A stretch of 63,846 bases of DNA, filler included, from Squatina squatina (taxonomy: Eukaryota): the NCBI GenBank assembly GCA_031763465.1. It is 4 parts of 3 records of this genome, joined end to end, with 100 filler letters (N's around TTAATTAATTAA, not from the genome) between each part and the next. Parts side by side here need not be neighbours in the genome. Positions count along the whole stretch, not along the records: positions 33,388 to 51,654 come from JARFOE010000192.1; 3 more parts are not named here. The stretch is one strand, 5' to 3'. Positions 37,506 to 50,194 of the stretch are shown here, piece after piece (within the stretch, counting starts at the first letter, position 1; each line of letters starts with the position of its first letter). The notes beneath the pieces were generated by a model, which did not search any database, was not told where the DNA came from, and saw nothing but the letters and a program-made list of their open reading frames with translations. Position numbers and translations under genes: made by a program.

Positions 37506-37577
37506 TTACTCTTCTGCTTTTCAATATTGCCTGCCTCCTTTCCATTTCTCCCCCACTGCTGCCAAGTCCTAATCCAT

Positions 37578-37658
37578 TCACAGAAACATAGAAAATAGGA
37601 GCAGGAGTAGGCCATTCGGCCCTTCGGGCCTGCTCTGCCATTCAATATGATCATGGCT
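37578..37658 (-). mobile_element. CR1 3' tail, cut by a gap
   Basis: cagaaacatagaaaataggagcaggagtaggccattcggcccttcgggcctgctctgccattcaatatgatcatggct, similar to 24486-24565. Confidence 0.9.
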
Positions 37659-38077
37659 NNNNNNNNNNNNNNNNNNNNNNNNNNNNNNNNNNNNNNNNNN
37701 NNNNNNNNNNNNNNNNNNNNNNNNNNNNNNNNNNNNNNNNNNNNNNNNNNNNNNNNNNTTAGAATATTTTTTAAAGCTGTCTATGAGTTTTTTCTAAGTG
37801 TCGAATTGCTTGACTTTAAAAAAAATTTCAAAGACCTGAACTTTGCACTCCACAATTCATCCCTTAGTGCCAGAAGCTCAGGGCAGTCGAATTGGACACG
37901 CATAGACTTTAATCTTTTCAATAGACTGACTAGCTAATGCTGTTATCTTGTCAACTATCTAAGGAGTCTAATCCTATAATAATCTCACCAAATTGATATC
38001 AATCCCAGACAGTGATGTCAGCTGTAAATTTATAATCAGCAAGCAGTTACTGCCGAATGAACTGTCCTTGTAACCTT

Positions 38078-38243
38078 AATACAAAAGATAAGTACTGCGG
38101 ATGCTGGAAATCTGAAATAAAAATAGAAAATGCTGGAAATACTCTGATGAAGGGTCATCAACCTAAAGCACTAACTCTGTTTCTCTCTCCACAGATGCTG
38201 CCTGACCTACTGAATATTTCCAGCATTTTCTGTTTTTATTTTG
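38078..38243. mobile_element. Penelope-type terminal-repeat fold-back with decayed minimal hammerhead core
   Basis: 27-bp inverted arms 38115-38141 / 38215-38241 (1 mismatch) enclosing CTGATGA-agggtcatcaacct-AAAG. Confidence 0.7.
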
Positions 38244-38700
38244 TCCTTAACTAGTTGCTTAAGAGGTCTGCTACCCTGCTACTTGTTAGACTTCTGTTGG
38301 TTCAATCATCTCTTTTAGCACGATCTTGTGAAATTCCTCATGCGGGTGACAAATTGTTATGTGCATGCGAACACTCATTTCATTTGTTTTTGGCTTACAT
38401 CCCAGCTTTTATTGGCATAATTAGTGCAATGTGCATATGAAGTGACTGCTAGGTAATTTAGCACAAATCAACCCCTTTAAATGCTTCTTAACAATCCTTA
38501 ACCAGCGAAAATAAAAATGAACACCATATCTGTGTTTTCACATACACAACAATCACGCACATGAGGAACTTCACAAGAGTGGGAAAATATGAAGTAAAAG
38601 TGAACAAATGATCCATTAGCACAGACACAAATTATGAACAGTTAACCATTCACTAAGTGCATGCACAATCTCTAATGCATAGAATAATTTAGCAATCCAA

Positions 38701-38782
38701 GAGATAGATAGATAGATCGATCGATAGGTACATAGATAGATAGATAGATAGAGAGAGACAGATAGATAGAAACACAGATAGA
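38701..38782. repeat. (GATA)n microsatellite, imperfect
   Basis: gagatagatagatagatcgatcgataggtacatagatagatagatagatagagagagacagatagataga. Confidence 0.95.
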
Positions 38783-41700
38783 AACATTGAAAGACATTTT
38801 GAGTGAAATGTTGACAGAAAAAGCTGAAACTACAAAAGTAGTTTTTTTTCTGAATCTGTGAAGAGAAAGTACTTGTTAGGCTTCACATGTGACTGCAAAA
38901 TCTAAACTTAAGAGTGAGCACACATTTTCACGACTTTATTTCAACCTGACTTCTTTGGCAAAACCTGATGACAAAGTGCCTACCGCAGCCATTTCACAGA
39001 ATGCATTCTCACGGGCTGGTAATGAACGACAACTATGTGACTCCTCTTCCTGTAATTGCATTGTCCATGTTTGGCTACCTAATATCAAAACAGATTTTCC
39101 CAAAGAGAAAAAATAATATAAATAATAGTGTTCACCAACTTTCTGGCTGTTACTTCTGGACCTAATAAAAAAAAAGCAATTACTGCTTTTTAAATTCATT
39201 CATGTGCTCCTTGGCACATTACGTGGCTCCTTGAAGTTTATTGCTGTCTCATGGGACAAGCACAAATAATTCTTACGATAAAATATGCCCTAGGAACAGA
39301 TACTTGGTAGCTACTGTAAAAACTCAGAACACAGTGATCTAGTGGGAATTCCTACAACTGGTTCCGCTTCCAGGCCGGTTGGAAGTGTTCGACGCCAATA
39401 GCATGGATGGATTGGCTTTAAGACGAGATGGTAGATTCTATTATTCATGGAACCAGCAGCGCAGGAGAAGAGAATCGAACAAAAGTCGCAATACTGCGTG
39501 TTCGTTGATCAGTACAACGGGTGACTTATATTTCTGGCTACTTGTTGTCAAGTTGATAAGAAAATATTCTTCGATTGTCCTTTCTCCTTTAAATAAACAT
39601 TAATATCTGATTCTTTACAGCTAAGGAGAAGGAATTAAAAGACAAAGGTAATATTCCTGGAGAAAAACGGGTTTCTATTTTTTTCCCTGCCCTGTAAATT
39701 ACATTAAGTTCAAGTACATGTTCCTGTTTACCTCGACGGGAATTTCCCTGTTAGCGCTAGCGTCACGCGCTGGTAGCGCACATTGTGAAATTGGACACTC
39801 GTCCCCAGCAACGTACCAATCATTCATTTTAATGGCGCTGAAATTCCGGTTGGAGCCTTCCCGTGGGCGCATGCCTCCTACCGGAAAGATTGCATCCAAA
39901 AGTACCTGGTGCTCCGGTAGTTCGCAGCCTTGCGAATGCAGCAGCGGTTGTGTGTCGCAGACGCTGCTAGCATCACGTAAGAGGCCCCAACCAATCAATT
40001 CGTATATGCAGAGGTCAACAGAAGTATGAATGCAGGCATCAAAAACCCCGTAAACACCGTAAATANNNNNNNNNNNNNNNNNNNNNNNNNNNNNNNNNNN
40101 NNNNNNNNNNNNNNNNNNNNNNNNNNNNNNNNNNNNNNNNNNNNNNNNNNNNNNNNNNNNNNNNNCCCATGACTCCCGACCCCCACTCCCCCTGCCCCAT
40201 GTACAGTGATCTCTGACCCCCAATTTCCCTGCACCCCTGGCCTGTGATCCCCAACCTCCAGAGCATTCAACACCCAAGAGGGCATCCGAATTCCTTCAGA
40301 AGAAAAAAAGGAGTGCCTGGCAGAAATGCATACGAGGCTCCGTCTTTGTTAATGTATGTGTACAAGTCGGATTTGGTGGGCATACCACAAGGAAACAGTT
40401 CAAATGCGTCAACTGTCAATACTACCAAACGAATAAGAATCTTGGTTAAGAAAAGTGACAGTTACAGGATTCGAAACAGCACGTATCCATGGCAAGCCAG
40501 CAGTTGTGAGCTAGAATTTGGTTAAGAAGTAATATCAGCAGCATTTCTCACAGAGCTGTAATTGTTTATTCAAGCCTGGGCTGTGAGAGAACAGTTGCTT
40601 CCAATAGCTGTGCTCCCAGCTTGGATCCTAAATTATCAGCATGTTTTGCTTCCAGCACTTTTCTACTTCCCATTAAATGTTGAACAAAAGCAGAAGAAAG
40701 CCCAAAGTTTATTCGCTGTGTAAACTATGGACTTAGCGCAGAGCTCCACATATGGAAAAGCAAATCTTGTCAGCTGTTGTACTTGTGTCTTCATATCCCT
40801 GTAGCTGTTGCTAAGGAAACCTCTTGATACATTCACAGACTAGCTCCTTCACATGGTACTTGTTTATTGTATTCATAGTTTTTGGAGAACTTTAAATGAA
40901 AAGCTTGCTTTTTAAAGAGGGCAATAGCCACAGAATTTTTAAAACCTTAATGGTCTTCAAAATTTGTGGTCTTTGCCCAGTTTCAAAAAGAAAATTCAGT
41001 AGTTGGAAATCAATGAACTAATTGTGAGGTAGATAATTGTAATTTAAGGTATAATTAAAAAAAAACATTGGTCCGGTTTTCCTGGGGTCGGCATCTGAAG
41101 GTCGCCTTTGCCTGGTGTGTTAAGATCAGGAAAAGGGGAGCAGAAACCCATTACATTGCCCTGAGATTTCCCGTACTTCTCCGGGGNNNNNNNNNNNNNN
41201 NNNNNTACTTCTCCACCCACCCCCCCTCCCCCACCAACCCTGAGCAGTAGAGCAACAAGGCCTGTGTCTGCAATAGCTGCAAAGTGCTGTCATGATAACG
41301 AGGCAGGAGGAGATGTTTCCAGCCTGCTCACCTCAATTTCATATGGGTTTGTCCAGAAGAGAGATGGGTCTTGCGCCTCTCTCAGATCAGAGGACCTGAG
41401 GCAGATCAGGCCGCAAGCGAAAGAAGGCCACACCTTNNNNNNNNNNNNNNNNNNNNNNNNNNNNNNNNNNNNNNNNNNNNNNNNNNNNNNNNNNNNNNNN
41501 NNNNNNNNNNNNNNNNNNNNNNNNNNNNNNNNNNNNAACAATGCATTCACATCAATAGGTAATGGAATGCATTCTCGAGGAAGACAGAGAGAGCAATTTA
41601 TTATCCTCATTTAAGATGGCCTACAGCAGGAATAGTAGATCTTAATTCTGTAAAAGACCTTGAGTACTGAACTTCTTTTGCATCTTGCAGAACCCAAACA

Positions 41701-41899
41701 TGTTCTCCACGTAACCTTATATCCTGAATTTTAATGCTGTATTCCAGAGTTAGAATGTGGGATAATATCCAAAAGTATTAAAGGTGTATTTTCTGCTGAT
41801 CTTGTTGAGAAAATAAATATTGCCAAGGATCCACATAGAGTTTTTGTGAAAACACATATCCTGCAAAAAAACCCTATATTATGACACTAAACAGTGTCT

Positions 41900-42130
41900 G
41901 CCATGGCTCAGTGGCAGCACTCTCACCTCTGAGTCCAAAGGTAGTGGGTTCAAGTCCCACTCCAGAGATTTGAGCACATAATCTAGGCTGACACTCCAGT
42001 GAAGTGCTGTGGGAGTGCTGCATTCTTGCTGGTGCTGACTTTCAGATGAGATGTTAAACTAAGACCCTGTCTGCTCTCTCAGGTGGATGTAAATGGTTCC
42101 ATGACACTATTTCAAAGAAGAGTTCTCCCC
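41900..42130 (+). mobile_element. Deu-domain SINE (SacSINE1-like) with tRNA-derived head, 3' part lost in a gap
   Basis: A box TGGCTCAGTGG (41904-41914) and B box GGTTCAAGTCC (41947-41957), then ggctgacactccagt...gggagtgctgca...tttcagatgagatgttaaac...ctctcaggtggatgtaaa...ccatgacactatttcaaagaagag. Confidence 0.85.
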
Positions 42131-42230
42131 NNNNNNNNNNNNNNNNNNNNNNNNNNNNNNNNNNNNNNNNNNNNNNNNNNNNNNNNNNNNNNNNNNNNNN
42201 NNNNNNNNNNNNNNNNNNNNNNNNNNNNNN

Positions 42231-42980
42231 TTTGGCTTGTTAGGCAAAGGGCAATGGGAGAATCGGCAGAAGGTCTCAATCTTAGTGACAAAGAAGTCTA
42301 TAAGCTCCTTGTATTTGTTGCTGGAGCTGAGACTGGAGGGCAGGGGTGAAGGGTTTAAGTAGAGGATTGGCAGTACACAAAAGAAGCTAATGATTATCTT
42401 TGTTCTCTAGGGAAAAGTGCAAGGTGGAAGAGAGCAGAGGTGTTACTTGTGACAAAGCCACTAAAGGTGGTTGAGCAGTATGATAGCTGCAGAAGTATCA
42501 TGGCAGATGGAAGGCCAAAGGATAAACAGTTGGCAATATTCCAGGAGTGGAGGCGGAGGAAGTGGGATTGGTGAGCGATGCATGGAAGTGATCGGAGATG
42601 ACTTTGTCTGCGATTGAGATGGTGGGAGGAGAGAGGCCACGTAAGATGGGAGGATATCTTATTGGGAAACTTGAGGTGGGGCCTGGGGTCATGGTGGTAG
42701 ACAACAAGGATTTTAAAGAAGAGGGGAGAGAGGTGGAACACGAGTGGAACAAGGTGGGTGATCAAAGAAAGAGAAGGTGCCAGAGGAGTAAAGATAAAGC
42801 CAAGTTGTGACTTGTTGATGAAGGTCACGTCATCTTCATGGCAATTTGGGCGGGGCAGGTGGTGAAAAGTATAGCCGTAAGAGGCAAGGTGGATAGGGCA
42901 AGTAGGTTGAGGTTGCTGGTTGTAAGAAGCAGTGATGAGTGCCTCAATGAGCTCTTTGGACAATTCCAAGAGAGGCACAG
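42231..42980 (-). mobile_element. L2 LINE endonuclease-region fragment (degenerate)
   Basis: ORF 42394-42978 GYTFHHLPRPN...FKILVVYH; ORF 42498-42752 ISIADKVISDHF (SDH motif). Confidence 0.75.
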
Positions 42981-43824
42981 AGGGTAGCTTTGGGCTTATT
43001 CAAGGCAGATTCAAGCCAAGAATGACGACAGGAAAGTTCGAAAGCAAAGGAGTTGTGATGGTTTGGGGTAGAAATTAGGTACCTGTAGTCCCTTTTTTCT
43101 ATAATCCTTGTTTCCATAATTCCTATTTCTACAGTCCCTGATTCTTTAGTCCATTTCCAGAATTTCTATTGATATAGTAGTTATCTCCATTGTCCCTGTT
43201 TCTGTGTTTATAATCCTTGTTAATATGTTTTCAACTAAAATTATAATTTAGTTCAGGATAATGAGTGGTGTTTATTATATTTCTTCAGATTTTATTCAGA
43301 TTGACGAAGGTAAAACAGTTAAACTACTAATTGTCCAGAGTGTCAGCATCTTTCACTCGCCTTACTTATTTTTTCCCAGATTGGGTTGCACACCAAAGCC
43401 TGTGTTTGGTTATCTCTTGTGGCCTTCAGATGCCGTCTCTTCCTGATGGTTTATGAGAGGGATATGACATACAGAACACAATGATAGAAAACATTTTGCA
43501 ATCTCAGTCATTTTTATTACTGGCATTATATCTGTAATGTAGATTTATGGGAAAGGCCTAGACCTGCATTCGTGCAGCATTCCCAATGTCTATGCGCAGA
43601 CAAAGATATCGGAGAATTCATGTCCGTGATATTTCATTAAAAGTAATGGTTTTCAATTCATTAACCATTGGAAGGCTGCAGTAATATATATGTAAATAAT
43701 AAGGTTATATTTAATGCTGAATAGCATTTAAGTTACTCAGTCTTCTCATTTGGATGGTGCAGTGAGTTAGCAAGCCATCCTTTAACATCTGGAACTTGGT
43801 TTAAATCTACCCTGTGCCATTAAA

Positions 43825-44240
43825 AAAAAACTTACATTTATTTAGTGCCTTACCACATCTCTCAGAAGTGTCTTAAATCATGTCACATATAATTAATTAC
43901 TTTGAAGTGCACTAATAGTTAATATACAGGCAAAGATGGCAGCCATATTGCACAATAAAATGAATGCCCAGTTAATCCATTTTTGATGATGTTGGTTGAG
44001 GGAGCAATGTTGGCCAGGACACCTCCCTTCTCCTCTTTGAATAGTGCTATGGGATCACTAATGTACACCTGACCTACTAGATCAGGTGGATTAGCCTACG
44101 GTTTGACAGGCAGCACCTCTAACATTTCCTTAGTATTCCACTGGAGTGTTAGTCTTGATTGTGTACTGACATCTTGAACTGGGGTTTGAATCCACAGCTT
44201 CTGGCCTAGAACTGAGAGTACAATTAACTGAGCTAAACTG
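43825..44240 (-). mobile_element. Deu-domain SINE, near full length, degenerate
   Basis: From the tail (aacttacatttatttagtgcctt...tactttgaagtg) through gatgttggttgaggga.caatgttggccaggacacc, tttgaatagtgctatgggatc, cactggagtgttagtct to the head (tttgaatccacagcttctg...aactgagct). Confidence 0.8.
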
Positions 44241-45349
44241 ACCCTTCAGTGCTTTAAATTTGCTGGTTGAAAGCAGAGGTTTTGGTTCGAAGTCACCCTG
44301 ATGTAACATCATGAGGTTCTATCTTGATTATGTCTTGAACTAAGTCATGATTTGGCAACTCCATTCACAATTCAAGCTTTCCATTCCCCTAGAGGCAAAT
44401 GAGTGTGTCCATATGTAAAGCTGCCACCCATATCTATGTACAAGTATAAAACAATAATGTCCAGTCACACCCAGGGAACATTATTTCAATTTTTTAATGT
44501 AAATTTTGTCCCCTTTCTTAAAAGTGATCAATTGTTGCTGGAGTATGGTTGCATGTTGCCAGTCACCTTTCACAATCTACTTGACTGCGGCGAGCTTCAC
44601 AGCTGAGCCTGATGTTGTGCTCAACCAGTGTCTACAATTTTAATAAAGACCGCTGGACGGTGGTAGTACCTCTATCACTGACCGGCTAAAGACAGCCAAC
44701 TCAGCACAAACTGCTGATTTAACCTGAGACGTTATACCTGGCTCTGCTATTCGCTGTCTTAAACCTTTAAGATAAATTAGAACTGATGATGCTACGCATT
44801 TCCCTGACTGATGCATGGTCTTGTTCCATTGCACCAACTTGATCTTCCTTTTCCACCATAGCACCAGTCATTGCTGCTCTCTGACCTGACAAGAAACAGC
44901 ACCGGATGTCATTGGAAAGACATTATTCACAAATGATTCTGGGGCTGTGTTGGGATTTTTCCCTGTGAAGACTAAATAGCCAAAAAAAATTGTAACTGTG
45001 CTCGTCTTTGTGTACCACCATACCTCTCAATGGGTAGGCTTGTGTGGGAATTCAACACTGAAGTCATGAGCCAAGAAGCCAGCGGATAGCCCTAGTTGCC
45101 CAGTAGCTTTGTCGTGGTGGCTCAGACGCTGATGGTACAGCAGACTTCCGCAGAATACCAAGTGTAGGTCGTACACTCTGGTTGCTCCCCAACCTGGAGT
45201 CTTGCTGTGCGATGATGGCAGCCCGGTCACTCCTGCTTTGGTTATATGCNNNNNNNNNNNNNNNNNNNNNNNNNNNNNNNNNNNNNNNNNNNNNNNNNNN
45301 NNNNNNNNNNNNNNNNNNNNNNNNNNNNNNNNNNNNNNNNNNNNNNNNN

Positions 45350-45620
45350 TCTTTCAGGCAGCACATTCCAGATCATAACAACTCACTGTGTAATTTTTTC
45401 TTCCTCATCTCACCTCTGGTTCTTTTGCCAATTAACTCTGTGTCCTCTGGTTACCGGCCCACCTGCCAAAGGAAACAGTTTCTCTCCATTTACTCTATTA
45501 AAACCCTTCATAATTTTGAACACCTCTATTAAATCTCCCCTTAACCTTCTCTAAGGAGAACAATCCCAGCTTCTCTCGTCTCTCCACATAACTTAAATTC
45601 CTCATCCCTGGTACCATTCT
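45350..45620 (-). mobile_element. CR1 LINE 3' fragment
   Basis: ctttcaggcagcacattccagatcataacaactc...cataattttgaacacctctattaaatctccccttaacct; same family as 29435-29630. Confidence 0.8.
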
Positions 45621-47129
45621 AAAAAAAAGTACTAATGAAGTAATAGGACATCAATTAATATTCACTTATAACTAAAGAAGGAGGAAGCTGGAACCAGTTC
45701 TTGATCAGCAGGAAAACAGAGTGATTGATGTATAAAATAGCAACTCTGGTATTCCCCAGTCACCGTGACAACAACTCCGTGTATATGGTGGAGTGGAGGC
45801 AAACTGCATACAGTACAAGATCTTTAGGTGTTTTAAGGTATTGGAAGTACCAGGAATTTGCTGAATCTGAAATGAAACTCATGGTGAATCGATGCATTGA
45901 AACAGAGCAAGACATCTTTTTTCAATTTGGAGGGCCAACAGTCTCCATGTACACCCTGAGGAGTTCACATACAGTTTAAATTATTGGTTACAAATCTTGT
46001 TTTTCTGAATTTCCCACAAAGTAGTGATAAAGTGCTTTTGCTTTCCCCGTGGAGCTTTCCTACCAGATGTATTTCTCACTCAATAGAGCTTTCTTCTGGA
46101 TTGTTCAGTCTGTATTGAATTGCCCTGTATCCTTATTGAGACCCAACTAATGAACTTCACTGATTATGCACCAATTGCATTCATCAAATACAAATGAAGT
46201 ATGGATTGAAACCATTCCAAATATGGAGCTTTCCCTTCCTCAGCATTCTAAGATATCATCATCTGAAAATCATATATTTATAAACGTCGCCTTTTCCCAA
46301 GAACTTCAAATCCATAGATTTTGGAAATGAAGAAATCCCAGTCTTTTGCCAAGACAGTCAATCACCCCACAGGCAGGATAATGAACACCAGTACAGCAAC
46401 ATCTTTCTTTCTCTTTTTTGGACAGGCTGCAAAAAGTAATCTTATAAATCTTCATAATAAAAGAGCTGAAATTTGCTTTTCCTTAGTCCTTGCTCATTAT
46501 TATAAGTTATATTCTACTTTTGGAAGAGAAACAATATTAACTATGTGTGAACGTTAATTGAGCACATTTATTTGTTCCTGCAAAGGAAAACTTAGAGGTG
46601 AAATGCTTAGTTAAGGCAATCATGTCCGACAGTTTAAATGACTCTGACTGCGCACCATAAAAATTACTAGGAACTATTCTGATGACATTTTATTTCGGTC
46701 AAATCAGCGTAAAGCAGTGAGTCAAATTAAATCATTGTACTGAATGCATAAATGGGGTCTTAACACAATATAACCAACATTAGCAGTTTGTGGAAAAAAA
46801 AGATATCCTGCACCAAATCCAGTTATAATAAGAAAGTGTTAGATCCCAGAGATTGTTCAGTGTTTTACTATATCTAAATTGCACAGATTGTTCAGAATGT
46901 TCGACTGGGTCCTGGGAACTTAAACTGTTCTGTACAGGAATGCGACTGCGGCAGTAAGAGGCCAATCAGCTCTCTGTCCAGGATGCAAAGAGTATGTGTT
47001 TGTTTGGGCAGTTAGCAACAGTATGACATGAGTGTTTTTTTTAAAAAAGGAAGCCAGATGGCATCTATATTTTGTTTAAATCGGTCCTCTGTGAATATTT
47101 TAGCACCTCGGTCTTTTCACTGGACCTAT

Positions 47130-49023
47130 TGTGACAGACTACCAGTTGGCGTTTGGGTATGAGTCGGCTACTGAGGGAGAACTAGCAAGGTCAGAGGTTC
47201 AAGGTGAATATATGCTTCAGTGGGAGCGCAAGTTGAAAAGAGAATTGCTGATTAAAGGCGAGAAAGTTGTGGCTGACCAAATTAATATCAGGAAAGATAT
47301 TCCAGCAATTTGACAGAATAACAATGTACAAAAAAACACAAAGCAAGAAAGAAATTGAACACATAAAAAGGGAACAGCAATTCTGAGATATTGACCACTG
47401 AATCTTTGAACTGAGTCTGATCGCACCAGCAGGGTAAATCAGGAATGACCACCTGCTGAACGAGAGAAGTTAATGGGAGCAAGGACACAGGAAAAGGAAA
47501 ACACCTGGGTAAAGCATTCATTTTTAATGAAGGTTTCTGTAGAACAGGGAAATCAGCAGGATGGTACAGAATCAAAGATACTTATTTCATATTTCACAAG
47601 AAAAGTGCAACATGGAAGAATTGCAATTGTGTGTGACAAAAGAGATATTGCATAACAAAATAGTTATACTGACCTTGTTAGCCCAATAGAAAAAGAGCTC
47701 ATTAGTAAGGAAATCAGCTTATTAACTGAAGTTATTGATAAGGTATAGGTCAATTAGTTCCTCTTTACATAGAGTTGTTCTTACTTTTTGATGCAACTAT
47801 GCAAAAGTAGAAATTTGTAAATTGTCACGCAGAAAGGGTAAGAGACAAATATAGAAGTGGCAAATTATAATGAGGATTTAGATTCAAAGAGTTTGATCAA
47901 CCTGAATACTGAGCTCAGAAATGCAATGCTTTGGAATCCCCAACCATCAGCTGTGGTTGTAATTTCTATATTTTAAGTGCATGCTTAAGTGCTGTTGCAA
48001 GTGCTATATGCTTAATAAATCTGAACGCTTGATCGTATTGATTGAGGACGAGATAGAACAGCTAATCATGAAAAAGAATCCTGTAAAACAGTACTTGGGT
48101 GCCAAGCATTTTACTTACTTCAATGAAGTATGGCCTACTGAATGCTCTATATAAGTGTACAGTATAACAGTACCTGGAGGTGGTCTCCTTCAAACTTAGA
48201 GCTACTGAAACTTTGACAAATTATAGGTGGGGATTTTAATCTTGCCCCTGGCCAATCCAGTTTTGGATCATTTTTGCGAGAGTCAGGGTGACCTTTTGGA
48301 ATTTGACAGTGAGATGGGCCCAATGGTATATGGAGGCCAAAATCCCCATGCTGTTTGAGATCTTACTTATTATTTACCATGGCAAGAGGCATATTCACAA
48401 ATTGACAGAAGAAAGTGACATGATCACTGGAATCACAAAGTTACCAATAGTGTTCTCTAATCATGCTCCAAGTTCCCTTACATTTATTCCTTTTTCCAAA
48501 ACGGCAAAGGCTCTGCAGCAGAGAATAAATAAATTGTTACTCTGCCCCACTATGACACAAAGGCTGGAGAAGGTGATCAATAGGTGTACAGGATACCTGT
48601 GATTGGTGGCCTCTAAGGCATCCCTGAGGAAGGTTTAAGGCAGTATTGAGGTGACATATAAAGGTACTTCCTCTATGATTATGACTGAGGAATAAAGAGG
48701 CTGTCCATGCTTTGGAGCAGAGATCTACCAGCTAGAGGTAAAGTACAAAGCTTTCCATTCATAAGAAACATTCAGAGAGCTAATTAAGCCTGAAATTAAT
48801 CTCAACTCTCTCATCAGAACAAACCAAGTCCAGGCTACTTTGGAATAGACAATGGCTCTTTTGAGCAAGGGAATAAAATGGGGAAATTGTTGCCCAAACA
48901 ATTAAATACAAAGAAGCAGCTGCAACCACCCCAGTAACTAGGAATAGGAAATGAAAACTGCTCAAAGATCCCATTAAACTAACCAGAAATAGTGAATTTT
49001 CGAAACATCTATGTTGTTCAGAA
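47130..49023 (+). mobile_element. Ancient L1 (LINE-1 clade) fossil: possible ORF1 remnant and ORF2 endonuclease/linker
   Basis: In order: IIGGDFNL (48220-48243), PIVFSNHAP (to 48470, decayed SDHAP), FEQGNKMGKLLPKQL (from 48860; L1 YExGxKxGKLLAxQL block), then KDP. Upstream SKILISYFTRKVQHGRIA resembles the L1 ORF1 IxIFPDFSxEVQxRR block. The 5' boundary is uncertain. Confidence 0.7.
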
Positions 49024-50194
49024 TCCGAGGCAGGAGTCCCCAANNNNNNNNNNNNNNNNNNNNNNNNNNNNNNNNNNNNNNNNNNNNNNNNNNNNNNNNN
49101 NNNNNNNNNNNNNNNNNNNNNNNNNNNNNNNNNNNNNNNNNNNAAACAGATTTGGTGTATTTGTGCAGTGCAGAAAGAGTTTTCAGACCGATAAGGCCAG
49201 AGTTCAGTGAGCAAAGAATTTACGACTAAATATTTCACATCCAACGTCAATAGCACTGCATGGGACTTCAGTCTTCACGGAAATAAAGCTGGTGAATCTT
49301 TTTTGTTTGTTCATGGACACAATGCCATGAGGTAAATCACATCACTGCGCATCATGCACGCAGAGTTGTCATGACAAAAATGATGCACGGCAATCTGGCT
49401 CCTTGTGCTGCTCTCCAAAGAAAGTCTTCCCAATAGTTTTTCAGGGAAAAAATTCCCCTTTAACTGCAATGTTTACGTGGTATATAAAGGCTAACAAGAA
49501 TCAAATGAACAACCATCATTTAAATACATGAAGAGTTGTTAAAATACATACAAACATCCTGGTTGCAGAGGAAAGTTGGTCTCCTGCATAACAGTAACTG
49601 GATATGCCAATTATTTACTCCAGTGATATGTGGGAATCCATTTGAGGAATATGTAACCAGAATGGAATTAAGCAGTCGTGGTGAGAATAGGCATATATGG
49701 GTTTTTTTAGGCTCTGCCTGAACCTCTGGCATTTGGATAAAGTTTTGCCATTCTCCCAAGGACTCATGCTTGAAATATTTCAAAAAGATGAAACAGATGA
49801 GGCAGCACCACCTAAGTAAACAATAGCCCGGGCAGAAGTTGATGTAAGACAGGGATCTAGCCCAACCCATAGAGCCAGTAAGTCTAGACTCCAGATGTGA
49901 ACTGGTAGCCTCCCTGGTACTCAGTAAATATCACAAGCAGATGTGATAGATTCAGCATGAAATTAAAGGAGAGGAAGCAAGGAGGCCCGCAGTAATGATC
50001 TCCATTATGAGAGACTCCCGTTCTGGATGTGGAGGATTAAAAACTGCAGCATCTGCTATTGGTCGACCAGTGTCGCCGGCCGAATCGAAGATGTGGACAC
50101 ACCAGGAAGTGTTTGTGGTGCCTGAGACGTTTACAACTGTTCGGATACAGCCAGAACAGTCCCTGCGTTGAATTCTTACATTAAAAAAAAGACT

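Noticed and set aside
41900-41965. tRNA gene (A and B boxes present)
   Set aside because: It continues directly into a Deu-SINE body with no acceptor stem or terminator, so it is a SINE head.
44600-44760. Possible LF-SINE-like fragment (cagccaactcagcacaaac)
   Set aside because: The match is too short and diverged to call.
49950-50170. Possible Gypsy integrase zinc-binding remnant (..KNCSIC) or exon
   Set aside because: It needs several frameshifts and no other LTR-element motif is nearby, so it is too weak.
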